The notes beneath the pieces were generated by a model that was not told where the DNA came from, did not search any database, and worked only from the letters and a program-made list of their open reading frames with translations. Below are positions 48,685 through 57,666 of a DNA stretch of 64,000 bases, in pieces. The DNA lies in contig JACJVZ010000001.1 in the NCBI GenBank assembly GCA_020637445.1, positions 1,755,952 to 1,819,951 on the forward strand. The letters are read 5' to 3'. Numbering within the stretch: position 1 is the first letter of the stretch; each line of letters opens with the position of its first letter. The position numbers were made by a program, and so were the translations under genes. Source of the DNA: Calditrichota bacterium. GTDB lineage: Bacteria; Electryoneota; RPQS01.

Positions 48685-51600
48685 CTATTCGCGATGTGAC
48701 CGGTTAGACTTGGGAGTCAAGAGGTCTTCGTGAGCTACTTCTGCTCGGATATCCTCGATTCTTCGTCCCACCAAGCTCGCGGCCTCGTCGGGGGCAGAGG
48801 ATTCGCTTAAGACAAATCCGTTTGCGTCCACGGCAAGGACCACCAGCTTAAATCCGTCTTCAGAAATATTCGGATAGATTGGGAGCTGGTGATTCATCAA
48901 CGTCGCTCCACCCAGCGCCCATCCTGTCGGATAGACTGCATCGAGGTCGTAGGTGAACATAAGGTAATATGTGTCCACCGTTAGCGGCTGTCCGTAGATA
49001 TCTTGGGTAACAGGTGCCCACGAGAGCTCATAGTAATAGTTCGGGGTGGATTGTACCCACTTGATTACAAGTGAATCCGGTGCGGCGGGTTGGCGGTCGC
49101 CAATAACCAACGCATAGGGATTCGTGTTCAAGTCGCTCCGATCATTCTTAAAGACCACGAAGCCATGCCAACCGGTTTCCGTCGGAGTGAAATCGAGTTC
49201 TTCGTCGGCGCCGTCACCGTTCGTGTTTTCTTGTGCGGTAAAGCTGGAGCGGCTGCCATAAAGCAGACTTGGATTGTAAACGGCAAAGCCGAGGTCGCCT
49301 GCGCCGCGGTTGTCGAGGAGAATTCGTGTCGTTTCATTGGCGTTCAGGTACAAGTCAAAGACATTGATGATCTGTGTCGCCGGGAACGGGAACTCACCAT
49401 ACATTTGGCCACTTTGCAAGTCCTGAATCCTGTCGGACTGCTGCATTCTGTAGGTGGCATGTGACGTATCGCCGGGCCAAGCCCAGTTGTTGTGCACACC
49501 GACGTCAAAAGTTTCGCTGGCAATGTTGTTGCCGTTTTCGAGCACCCACTCCACGTCGGCCGCGGACGTCCACGAATTAACCAACGGTGATTGGAAACCA
49601 ACGGTCGATGACGTCGCCGGCGCATACAAGAAGAGGTTGTTGACGTCATACACATTGTCGTTGGGCATCATTCCCACACCGCTCCAGAAACCGCCACCAG
49701 TAAAGCGGAAACCGTCGACAGCCCAATCAGGGAAGTTAACGATCGCGTTCAGGTCACGCCAGTTGGGAGCGACGTTCGGCGACACTAACATTGTGTTGTT
49801 CGCGAGAACGGCGGGAGTCCATACATACTGGACATCATACCGATTGTTGTTCTCGTTCCACTCAGTGCCTTCATCCAAGTAGTCAATCACGTTCGCGATT
49901 TCATGCCGACCTCCGGGGACCGTACCGATATTTCGGTTGGAACCAAATGCCGCGGAACCGGGAACAATCGGGCCATTCCAGTTGGGGAATGTGCCGACCA
50001 CGGGACCGTTACGATGGACTTGGTCATCAAGACTTGCGACTGCCGAGCCGCATCCTTGATTCAGAGCAAGGATGTTCACGTAGTTCGTGGAGATATTTCC
50101 GGTTAGAGTGGCGGGCACGACAGCGGGTTGACCACCCGTCGTTTGACGCACGACCAATTCATCCGACCAACCCGAACCGAGCGTGTGAACAAAGTCAAAA
50201 GCTGCTTTGCCGACATAGAGGTTGAAGTTCACACTCTGGTCCCAATCGGCGTAGGTATGCTTGTGCATGACGATCGAGTGCCAGCCGGTTTCAGCCGGAG
50301 TCCAACAAGAGATCATTTCGCTTTCGCCCGCACCACCGAAGTTCGCTTGCGCGTTAAAGCTGGCTCGCGAGAAATACAGATCATCCGGACCATAAACCGA
50401 TAAGACGAGGTTCGCATTTCCGGAAGTGACGACGGCTTCGATGTTGTACGGTACAAGTTCGCCCACGTAGAATTCCACGACGTCAAAGAGCTCGGATGAC
50501 GTCAAGCTAAACGGGCCGTAGTCAGTTCGACCCAACGTGGGCGCTGGGCTCAATACCGTTGAAGATCCGCATTCGACACGATACTGTGAAGATTCTCCAT
50601 CGTAATTCATCACGGCACCGATCAGCGGCGCTGAATAGCCAACGATATTGTTGTTTACGCCGACGAAATCGCAGTACGAAACATATCCCGAACTGGCTTC
50701 GAAGTCATCAAATCCGTTTGCCCTCGTCACGTCTTCACTGTAAATGCGGGCATCGAAATCTGCGGTAGAAGTCTGGGCCATCACCATCATGATGTCCCAA
50801 TAGCCGTCCGTGGCGAAATTTGCTCCGCCGTAACCGTCCACATTGGGATAGGTGTAACCGAGGTCTAATTGATCCGTCACATACTTTGTAGGAGGAGCGG
50901 ACAACGTCAGCACTTGACCGTTGGTAAATTGTCTCGGATCCCACGCCCACTGCGCCCATGCGCTGTTGTTGGTTTCGTAAAGTTCATCCACAAGATCGTT
51001 CGGATCCACGGTGAGACGAACGAAGTGGCGGCCACCACGGACATTGCTCTGGAGATTGGTTCCGTAGCTTGTCTGTCCAGCGTGCAGTGTGTCGTGCGTC
51101 CAGCCGGCCGTCCAAATGTCATCGCGGTACACGGTGTAATTAGTGGGGACGCCCCAGCCGATACGAGCCGTGTTTTCCTGCGCGGCATTCCAGTAAGTGG
51201 CGGACGGATCAGGATTGAGATCCGTTGGATACGTGCAGTTGCTGCCGTCCGCGTCGTTAGTCGTTCGAGCAACCATGTAGTAGCTCCAACCCGACCGGAG
51301 ATCAGGGTTTAACTCGGGCGCCAAAATCCCTTTCAGATTGGGCATGCGTCCAATGTTGCCGGGAGTCGTTCCGGGAAGCGTACCGTAGTCATTTAAGTAG
51401 TCCCGCATGAGAGACGTAGAGACGATCGTGCCATTGTAGCTGCGAACAATGTTGTGAATCACGCCCGCACAGCCTGCAACGGTCGGTGAGGCATTGGACG
51501 TTCCGTTGAAGCCGTTGGTGTACCATTCGTCGCGGGTAGCAGGTACAAACGGAGTGCCGTCGGAATTGTAACCCAATGTAAAACTTCCGTCACCCCAAGC

Positions 51601-52860
51601 GTTCAGATCGCAGCGTTCGCCCCAATTCGTGAAGCAAGACGCGTTGTGCGCTACGTCGGATGAACATGCTGACACGTAGTTTGAACCCGTGTCGGTCGAA
51701 TTGCGGAAAATTGTTCCGAAAGTCGCATCATCAAGGTTTGTGCAGCCATTGCCTGCCGCGAGGAATACGTGAATTCCGTCGGCAACCATGGCCAGAATTG
51801 CAGATTTCACGCCGGCATTGTACTCCGGATTCACAACACCGTTTTGACCGGGATTGCACGGGCAAGTCTGTCCGGGCGGCAGCGGATTGGCTCCGTATCC
51901 CCAAGACGAGTTTGTAAACTCACCCGAGACCAGGTCGCTTGTCGCAAGGTCGTAGATGTCTGCCGTGGAGCCGTAGGAGCTTGAGTTGCGCTGATAAAGG
52001 CGCATCTGTTGATCGGCAACGAATCCAAGGCAACCGACATTGTTGTCATCGCAGGCGCCAATCACACCGGTGACCGCCGTTCCGTGATCATTGTCCGTGT
52101 CGGGCGTGCCAGCCGTAGCCACCGTCGCCAAAGTCAGGTCTTCGTGAGTGGTTTGCATACCGCGCTCAAAAATACCCGTCCAGCGATTGGTTCCGGGACC
52201 GTCGACGATGTCAGGATTGTGATTTGCAAGTACCCAATCGAGATCGACGCCCGTCGGAGCGGCATCATGATACGTTTGATTGGGAGTAAAATCAGGCGTC
52301 GTATTCCCGAGATCTTGACACGTCAAGTCGATGGGAATGGGCTCGTAATAAGCAGTTTCAACTTCGGGAGCACGAAGAACTTCGTTAATAAGAGCTTTAG
52401 GATCGGCGGGTGCTTCGGGAAGTTCGAAGCAATAAAAACTGAAAAGATCGACCAAATCCCAACCCGACTTCTTTTCGATACGAGCAAGATTGGCCATGTA
52501 CTCTTCTTCTGTCTTGTTCCAAATAATCACACGGGGCTTGATTTCCGGATGGCGAGCCAGCACGCTCTTGGTCACGGAAAGATCGCGTCCCGCAAGCGAC
52601 GTCAATTGGCCGTTGCGCAAGCGCACCGTGTCTTCGTCGAAGAACTTCACCATGAGCAGGTTCAAGAACCGGGCAGACGGGTCGACGCCTTCGGCCCAAA
52701 CGTACTTGTCAAAAACGATCCGCTGTGAAAAATCGCGCGTGGGGGTTTCAGGAGCGTAAATTTCCTGTTGTTCTTGTTGCTGGGCAATCTCCCATTCCGT
52801 CGCGGCATTGGCAGACACGGCGAGCAGAAGAATAGAGCAGAGAATTAGGAGCTTTTTCAT
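48685..52860 (-). CDS. Giant secreted S8 (subtilase)-like protein with CARDB-like and pre-peptidase-C-terminal-like domains
   Basis: GGAAGGAGG RBS and a signal peptide (MKKLLILCSILLLAVSANA). Subtilase His and Ser motifs are present (DNDHGTAVTGVIGA and FNGTSNASPTVAGCAGV). The Asp-motif position reads GIFERGMQTTHEDL. Downstream segments look CARDB-like (…LYETNNS, WNENNNRY) or PPC-like. Confidence 0.75.
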   Translation of the reverse strand: MKKLLILCSILLLAVSANAATEWEIAQQQEQQEIYAPETPTRDFSQRIVFDKYVWAEGVDPSARFLNLLMVKFFDEDTVRLRNGQLTSLAGRDLSVTKSVLARHPEIKPRVIIWNKTEEEYMANLARIEKKSGWDLVDLFSFYCFELPEAPADPKALINEVLRAPEVETAYYEPIPIDLTCQDLGNTTPDFTPNQTYHDAAPTGVDLDWVLANHNPDIVDGPGTNRWTGIFERGMQTTHEDLTLATVATAGTPDTDNDHGTAVTGVIGACDDNNVGCLGFVADQQMRLYQRNSSSYGSTADIYDLATSDLVSGEFTNSSWGYGANPLPPGQTCPCNPGQNGVVNPEYNAGVKSAILAMVADGIHVFLAAGNGCTNLDDATFGTIFRNSTDTGSNYVSACSSDVAHNASCFTNWGERCDLNAWGDGSFTLGYNSDGTPFVPATRDEWYTNGFNGTSNASPTVAGCAGVIHNIVRSYNGTIVSTSLMRDYLNDYGTLPGTTPGNIGRMPNLKGILAPELNPDLRSGWSYYMVARTTNDADGSNCTYPTDLNPDPSATYWNAAQENTARIGWGVPTNYTVYRDDIWTAGWTHDTLHAGQTSYGTNLQSNVRGGRHFVRLTVDPNDLVDELYETNNSAWAQWAWDPRQFTNGQVLTLSAPPTKYVTDQLDLGYTYPNVDGYGGANFATDGYWDIMMVMAQTSTADFDARIYSEDVTRANGFDDFEASSGYVSYCDFVGVNNNIVGYSAPLIGAVMNYDGESSQYRVECGSSTVLSPAPTLGRTDYGPFSLTSSELFDVVEFYVGELVPYNIEAVVTSGNANLVLSVYGPDDLYFSRASFNAQANFGGAGESEMISCWTPAETGWHSIVMHKHTYADWDQSVNFNLYVGKAAFDFVHTLGSGWSDELVVRQTTGGQPAVVPATLTGNISTNYVNILALNQGCGSAVASLDDQVHRNGPVVGTFPNWNGPIVPGSAAFGSNRNIGTVPGGRHEIANVIDYLDEGTEWNENNNRYDVQYVWTPAVLANNTMLVSPNVAPNWRDLNAIVNFPDWAVDGFRFTGGGFWSGVGMMPNDNVYDVNNLFLYAPATSSTVGFQSPLVNSWTSAADVEWVLENGNNIASETFDVGVHNNWAWPGDTSHATYRMQQSDRIQDLQSGQMYGEFPFPATQIINVFDLYLNANETTRILLDNRGAGDLGFAVYNPSLLYGSRSSFTAQENTNGDGADEELDFTPTETGWHGFVVFKNDRSDLNTNPYALVIGDRQPAAPDSLVIKWVQSTPNYYYELSWAPVTQDIYGQPLTVDTYYLMFTYDLDAVYPTGWALGGATLMNHQLPIYPNISEDGFKLVVLAVDANGFVLSESSAPDEAASLVGRRIEDIRAEVAHEDLLTPKSNRSHRE

Positions 52861-53339
52861 TTCGCGCCTCCTTCCCTCAATTCACCCGTGTCCGGGTTGC
52901 GGTCAACCTGCACTCTCTGGACGGGCTGCGGATTATTGAAGGCCTCGATCGCGGCGAGCACTCGCTGCTCGGCTTCGGAGTTGCCTTGAGCGCGCACGTA
53001 GTTCAGAACGACTTCGAGGCGCTCTCCTTCAAGCTGAGATTTAAGCGCAATCGCTTGCAACTCGAGAGCGTCCTGTTGTTCCGGCGCGGCCAATTCGATT
53101 TGCGCGCGCAGTTCACTCAGTTGTTCACGATAACGATCTTCAAGCGCCTGAAACTCGGGACGAAGAACCGTCGTAACGGGTTCACCCGCAAGCTGGTCGA
53201 CGTTGTCCATCGAATCGGAATGTTTGAGCATTTTGTTGACGATCTTGCCGTCGTCGTAGCGGTCACCTTTCCAAACGGGTTGATCCGCCCAGGCAAGCAA
53301 TGGCAGCATTATTAATGCAAATGTAAGCAGTTTCTTCAT
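52857..53339 (-). CDS. Small secreted helical protein (160 aa), unknown function
   Basis: Signal peptide (MKKLLTFALIMLPLLAWA) followed by an E/Q/L/A-rich predicted helical region. Its stop overlaps the peptidase start (ATGA). The track ORF start at 53465 would overlap the upstream gene. Confidence 0.65.
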   Translation of the reverse strand: MKKLLTFALIMLPLLAWADQPVWKGDRYDDGKIVNKMLKHSDSMDNVDQLAGEPVTTVLRPEFQALEDRYREQLSELRAQIELAAPEQQDALELQAIALKSQLEGERLEVVLNYVRAQGNSEAEQRVLAAIEAFNNPQPVQRVQVDRNPDTGELREGGAK

Positions 53340-53340
53340 C

Positions 53341-53748
53341 TTAGCGCTCCTCCCCACTCGTTTGGTGAGCAGCACGGTTTGACGAACTCGGTTCGGGCGT
53401 GCCTGTCGCGACCGGCGCAAGCATACTTTCGAGGTTCGCTTCGGCCCGGGCGCGAAGTTCGTCATTCCCCGTCATTCCATAATACTCGACCATCATCTCC
53501 AGTAATTGGATCTGGTAGTCTTCCTGGGTCTGGGCATATTCCGCTTCGCGCGCGACACGTTCGCTTAGCGGCGCCTGTAGGTTGTCATCCCGCATTTGGG
53601 ACAGTACTGTTTCCCGCTCTTGGAGCAAATCTCGCATCTGCTGGTCCAAAGCCTGAATCTGGTCTGTTGAGGTAGCGGCGCTTTGTTCTGCCGCAAAGAT
53701 GGGCAGGGCAATCACCGCGATCAACAAGAATTTCAACATCCACTTCAT
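53341..53748 (-). CDS. Small secreted helical protein (135 aa), unknown function
   Basis: AAGGAGA RBS before the ATG at 53748, with a signal peptide (MKWMLKFLLIAVIALPIFA). The protein is Q/E-rich and looks like a coiled coil. Its stop lies 1 nt before the next start. Confidence 0.65.
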   Translation of the reverse strand: MKWMLKFLLIAVIALPIFAAEQSAATSTDQIQALDQQMRDLLQERETVLSQMRDDNLQAPLSERVAREAEYAQTQEDYQIQLLEMMVEYYGMTGNDELRARAEANLESMLAPVATGTPEPSSSNRAAHQTSGEER

Positions 53749-54267
53749 GTGCGTCTCCTTACACAATTTTCATCCGACACATCACGTCTGATACTATTTG
53801 ACGTGCAATATGCAAGATTATAACAAGTTGATGTGGGGTAGTCAAACAATCCAGTACAAAAATCACGTTAAGTTGAAGAATTGAGCCAGCAATAAAATAC
53901 CGTATATCACGTTGAAACAGCGATTTGTGCAATGGTTAAGAATTGCGACTATAAGGCCTCTTCGGATTTGGAGGCATTACCCATCCGAAATGACAACAAA
54001 TGGAGGAAACGCAGGAAGAGTCGTTGACAAGTGCCGACACGATGCCGCTTCGCCTCGGATTTTGGCAGTGTGCTTTCAAACAGACCCATGAGGTTATTTT
54101 AATCGATTATATTTTTATGGGTTACGGTGATATTTGTGGACTGGGTCAGGCTTAGGAGTAGGGTGAAGTGACTTGCTTTCAGGCGGAATCTGTTGCAAAT
54201 TGTAAGGATACCTGTAATATGTGTTTTGAGTGACGTTACTTCTGAAAGTGTAAGACTTAAAGTGAAC

Positions 54268-57200
54268 ATGAGTGTGTTGAAGAAGTCGGCAAAAATGTGG
54301 GTCTGTAGTGTCCTTTTGATCACGGCCTTGACGGTTCAAGCGTGGGCAGATTCGACGTTCGTATCGACCGGCAACGTGAGCGGAAACTGGACGACTGCGG
54401 ACAGCCCATACATTGTCCAGGGTAACTTGACCGTTGCCGCGTCGGACAGCCTTGTGATCGGCTCCGGCGTGCGTGTGTACTTTGACAGCACATATTCGAT
54501 TTTGATCAACGGGTATTTGGCCGTGGACGGCACGGCCGGCGATACGGTTGTGTTTACCACGGACACATTGTCCAATCCGGGCAAGTGGCGCGGCCTGAGT
54601 TTTGTCAACGCCAACGATTCGTCGTACGTTCGTTTCGCGAAGTTCGAATATTCCTTCGCAGCGGGACCGCTTGGCACGGACAGCCTCGGCGGCGCGATGT
54701 ACATATCGAGCGGTACGGTCTTGCGGGTCGAGCATTGTTTGTTCAGCCAGAATCGAGCGGATGTTGCGGGCGGCGCAATTTATTTGACCGGTTCTACACT
54801 GTTGATGGATTCGTGCAGATTTGACGGCAATGCCTCACGTCTAGAAGGCGGCGGGCTGTTCCTGAACAATTCGATCAACACACGCGTCGCGAATTCGAGA
54901 TTTTTCAAGAACAGCTCGATCAGCGGCAGCGGCGGCGGGGCCTACATTCGCGGCACCACACCGCTGCTGACGCACTGCGAATTCGACAGCAACTTTGCCC
55001 GCGTGAACGGCGGCGGACTGGCCTTTAAGAACTGCTTTGGAACATTGGACAGCTCGATCGTGAGCGACAATCAAGGCCGCGGCCACGGCGGCGGCATCGC
55101 GATTGAAACGTCATCTCCTGAAATTTACGACTGTACAATAGATCACAATTGGACGCAGGATTTCGACGGCGGCGGGGTCTATATTTGGGAATCGTCACCG
55201 CACATGGTTCGCTGCAAAGTCCTGTTCAATATTTCCGCGGACGACGGCGGCGGTATTCACAGCTACCGCGAAACGTCAAACGGCGTGTTTGAACAGTGTG
55301 AAGTGCGCGGCAATGTGTGCGCGGGCGAAGGTGCCGGAATTTGGGTGACTCTGGACGGTGCTCCGACGTTTACGGATTGCGTGGTCAAGGAAAATACCGC
55401 GGGTTTGTATGGCGGCGCAGTATACTTACGCAACAACGCCAAGCCGACGTTCACGAATTGCGATTTTGACAGCAACACGAGCCTCGGCAACGGAGGAGGT
55501 TTGTCAATCCGTCAATCGCAGCCTGTACTGACGAACTGCAGGATTCGCTGGAACGAGGCCACGGAAGATGGCGGCGGAGCGCACCTATGGGAAGCGGCGG
55601 ACGCCGTGTTCAACGGCTGCTTATTCAGCGACAATCATTCGATACTCAACGGCGGCGGAGTTTCATCGAATCAAAGCACGCTGTCGGCGACGAATTGTTT
55701 GTTCGTATCGAATGAAACGGACTCTGTCGGCGGAGGAATTGCCGCGTCGAACAGCAGCAATCTGAAATTGCGGCACTGCACGATAAGCGGAAATATAAAC
55801 GGCGCTCTGCGAATTGAATCGACCGTCGCAGACGTAGAGAATTCAATTCTTTCAACGACGACCGGGAGCGGACTCTTTTTCGCGGGCGCGGAAGATTCGC
55901 GCATCGCCTATTCGTTGGTGCACGGCACGGTGGATTTCTGGGGCGCCGATCCGGCCGAAGGTCCCGAGTATATCGGAACGCTGCGCGCGGTCAACGGCAA
56001 CGGCGATTCGTGCGACACGTACTTTAACGTCTATGCCGATCCGCTGTTTGTCGACGAAGCAAACGGGGACTGGGAAATAACTTCCGCAAGTCCGGCGCTT
56101 GGAGCGGGCAATTGGAACACCAGTGCGAGTGACTATCTGGGCAACGACAGACCGATGCCGGTGATGACTTTGCCGGATATGGGTGCAATCGAGAGCATGT
56201 TCGGAGATACTCCGACGGGTTTATTTGGTCCGCAGAGCGGCGCGCTCGGTCCGGACACGGTGAAGGTTATCGCCGACGTGTTGGTGGATACGCTTGACAA
56301 TTTGACCATCGCGCCGGGGACGACTGTTATTTTCTGCGGACCGAGCAAAATGAGTATTCACGGCACGGTCACGGCTTTCGGGCTTGCAACGGACTCTATT
56401 TCGTTTAGGACCGACACACTTACGAATCCGGGATTGTGGCGCGGCATCACGATGGACGCGAATGCAGGCGGAAGCCAATTTGATTTTGTGTCGATTACCG
56501 ATTCGCGGGCTTTGACGACGTCGAGAACGCAAGGCGGTGCAATGCGTCTGCAAGACGTTTCGCCGGTTCTGAATCATTGTTTTATCTCGCGGCACAGTGC
56601 CTTGCAAGGCGGTGCGGTCTATTTGGATCATTCATCCCCCGTGTTTACGAGCTGTTTTCTGTCCAGCAGCAGCGCGGATTCCGGCGGCGTGATCTGTGTG
56701 CGCTCCGCGTCCAATCCGATTTTTGACGGCTGCACGATTGCAAACGGTGCAGCAACGGCAGGCGGCGGAATATTGAGCCAAGGAGCGACCGGCCAGTATC
56801 TGAATTCCCGCATCGAAGGCAACACGGCCACGGCAACGGGCGGCGGAATCATGTTGGATTCGGCTCCGGCATTGGTTCGAAACAATTTGATTTTGAACAA
56901 CAGCGCGCAGGCCGGCGGCGGAGTTTGGACGGGCAGTACCAGCACGACGATTCAATACAATTCCATAGCGGGCAACACGGCAGCCGAAGGTGCGGGTCTT
57001 TACATGCGGTTTGGATCCTCGCAGGTAAAGAACAATATCCTCGCCGAAAACCACGGTCACGGGATTTACTTTTTTGTGACGATAAGTTCGGTGGTGAAAT
57101 ACAACTGCGTCGCATCCAACGACAGCGCGAATTTTGCTTTCTTCACGAATTCGCCGTCGCAAGGACCGCCGGGAATCGGCGTGCTTGACAGCTTGAACTA

Positions 57201-57666
57201 CAACGGCGATCCATGCGACCGCTACTACAATATCGTGCTTAATCCTGAATGGACGAGCGGCACGGGCCATCACTACTACTTGGGACACACGGCGACGGGC
57301 GAAGCGACGGACTCACCGTGCATCAACGCGGGCGACACACTCTTGACGGCGCCCGCGATGACGACGACTCGGACGGATTATGTTTCGGATTTTGACCGTC
57401 CCGACCAAGGTTATCACGGCCCCCAATTGGGAGAAGCGCTGCCTCCGGTGGACAGTCTGGTGATACGCGCCGACGCGGATACGTTTTATCTGTATTGGAG
57501 CTACGACCAACCAGCCCTGTTCTCGGTGAAGACTGATTCGAGCTCCAGCGGAAGTTTTCTGACGACCGTTGCCTTGACGACGGATACTTTCGTCGTGATT
57601 CCTCCGGGCGGCCCGGTGAATACGAAGCAGGGATTTTTCCACATATTGGCGGAGCCGCAGCCGTAA
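54268..57666 (+). CDS. Giant secreted beta-helix protein with Pmp-type (FxxN / GGA[ILV]) repeats, paralogue of 15340..19047
   Basis: Signal peptide (MSVLKKSAKMWVCSVLLITALTVQAWA). Repeat units include FSQNRADVAGGAIYL, FDGNASRLEGGGLFL, FDSNFARVNGGGLAF and VKENTAGLYGGAVYL. The C-terminus is FN3-like (…FYLYWSYDQ…GFFHILAEPQP). Confidence 0.8.
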   Translation: MSVLKKSAKMWVCSVLLITALTVQAWADSTFVSTGNVSGNWTTADSPYIVQGNLTVAASDSLVIGSGVRVYFDSTYSILINGYLAVDGTAGDTVVFTTDTLSNPGKWRGLSFVNANDSSYVRFAKFEYSFAAGPLGTDSLGGAMYISSGTVLRVEHCLFSQNRADVAGGAIYLTGSTLLMDSCRFDGNASRLEGGGLFLNNSINTRVANSRFFKNSSISGSGGGAYIRGTTPLLTHCEFDSNFARVNGGGLAFKNCFGTLDSSIVSDNQGRGHGGGIAIETSSPEIYDCTIDHNWTQDFDGGGVYIWESSPHMVRCKVLFNISADDGGGIHSYRETSNGVFEQCEVRGNVCAGEGAGIWVTLDGAPTFTDCVVKENTAGLYGGAVYLRNNAKPTFTNCDFDSNTSLGNGGGLSIRQSQPVLTNCRIRWNEATEDGGGAHLWEAADAVFNGCLFSDNHSILNGGGVSSNQSTLSATNCLFVSNETDSVGGGIAASNSSNLKLRHCTISGNINGALRIESTVADVENSILSTTTGSGLFFAGAEDSRIAYSLVHGTVDFWGADPAEGPEYIGTLRAVNGNGDSCDTYFNVYADPLFVDEANGDWEITSASPALGAGNWNTSASDYLGNDRPMPVMTLPDMGAIESMFGDTPTGLFGPQSGALGPDTVKVIADVLVDTLDNLTIAPGTTVIFCGPSKMSIHGTVTAFGLATDSISFRTDTLTNPGLWRGITMDANAGGSQFDFVSITDSRALTTSRTQGGAMRLQDVSPVLNHCFISRHSALQGGAVYLDHSSPVFTSCFLSSSSADSGGVICVRSASNPIFDGCTIANGAATAGGGILSQGATGQYLNSRIEGNTATATGGGIMLDSAPALVRNNLILNNSAQAGGGVWTGSTSTTIQYNSIAGNTAAEGAGLYMRFGSSQVKNNILAENHGHGIYFFVTISSVVKYNCVASNDSANFAFFTNSPSQGPPGIGVLDSLNYNGDPCDRYYNIVLNPEWTSGTGHHYYLGHTATGEATDSPCINAGDTLLTAPAMTTTRTDYVSDFDRPDQGYHGPQLGEALPPVDSLVIRADADTFYLYWSYDQPALFSVKTDSSSSGSFLTTVALTTDTFVVIPPGGPVNTKQGFFHILAEPQP

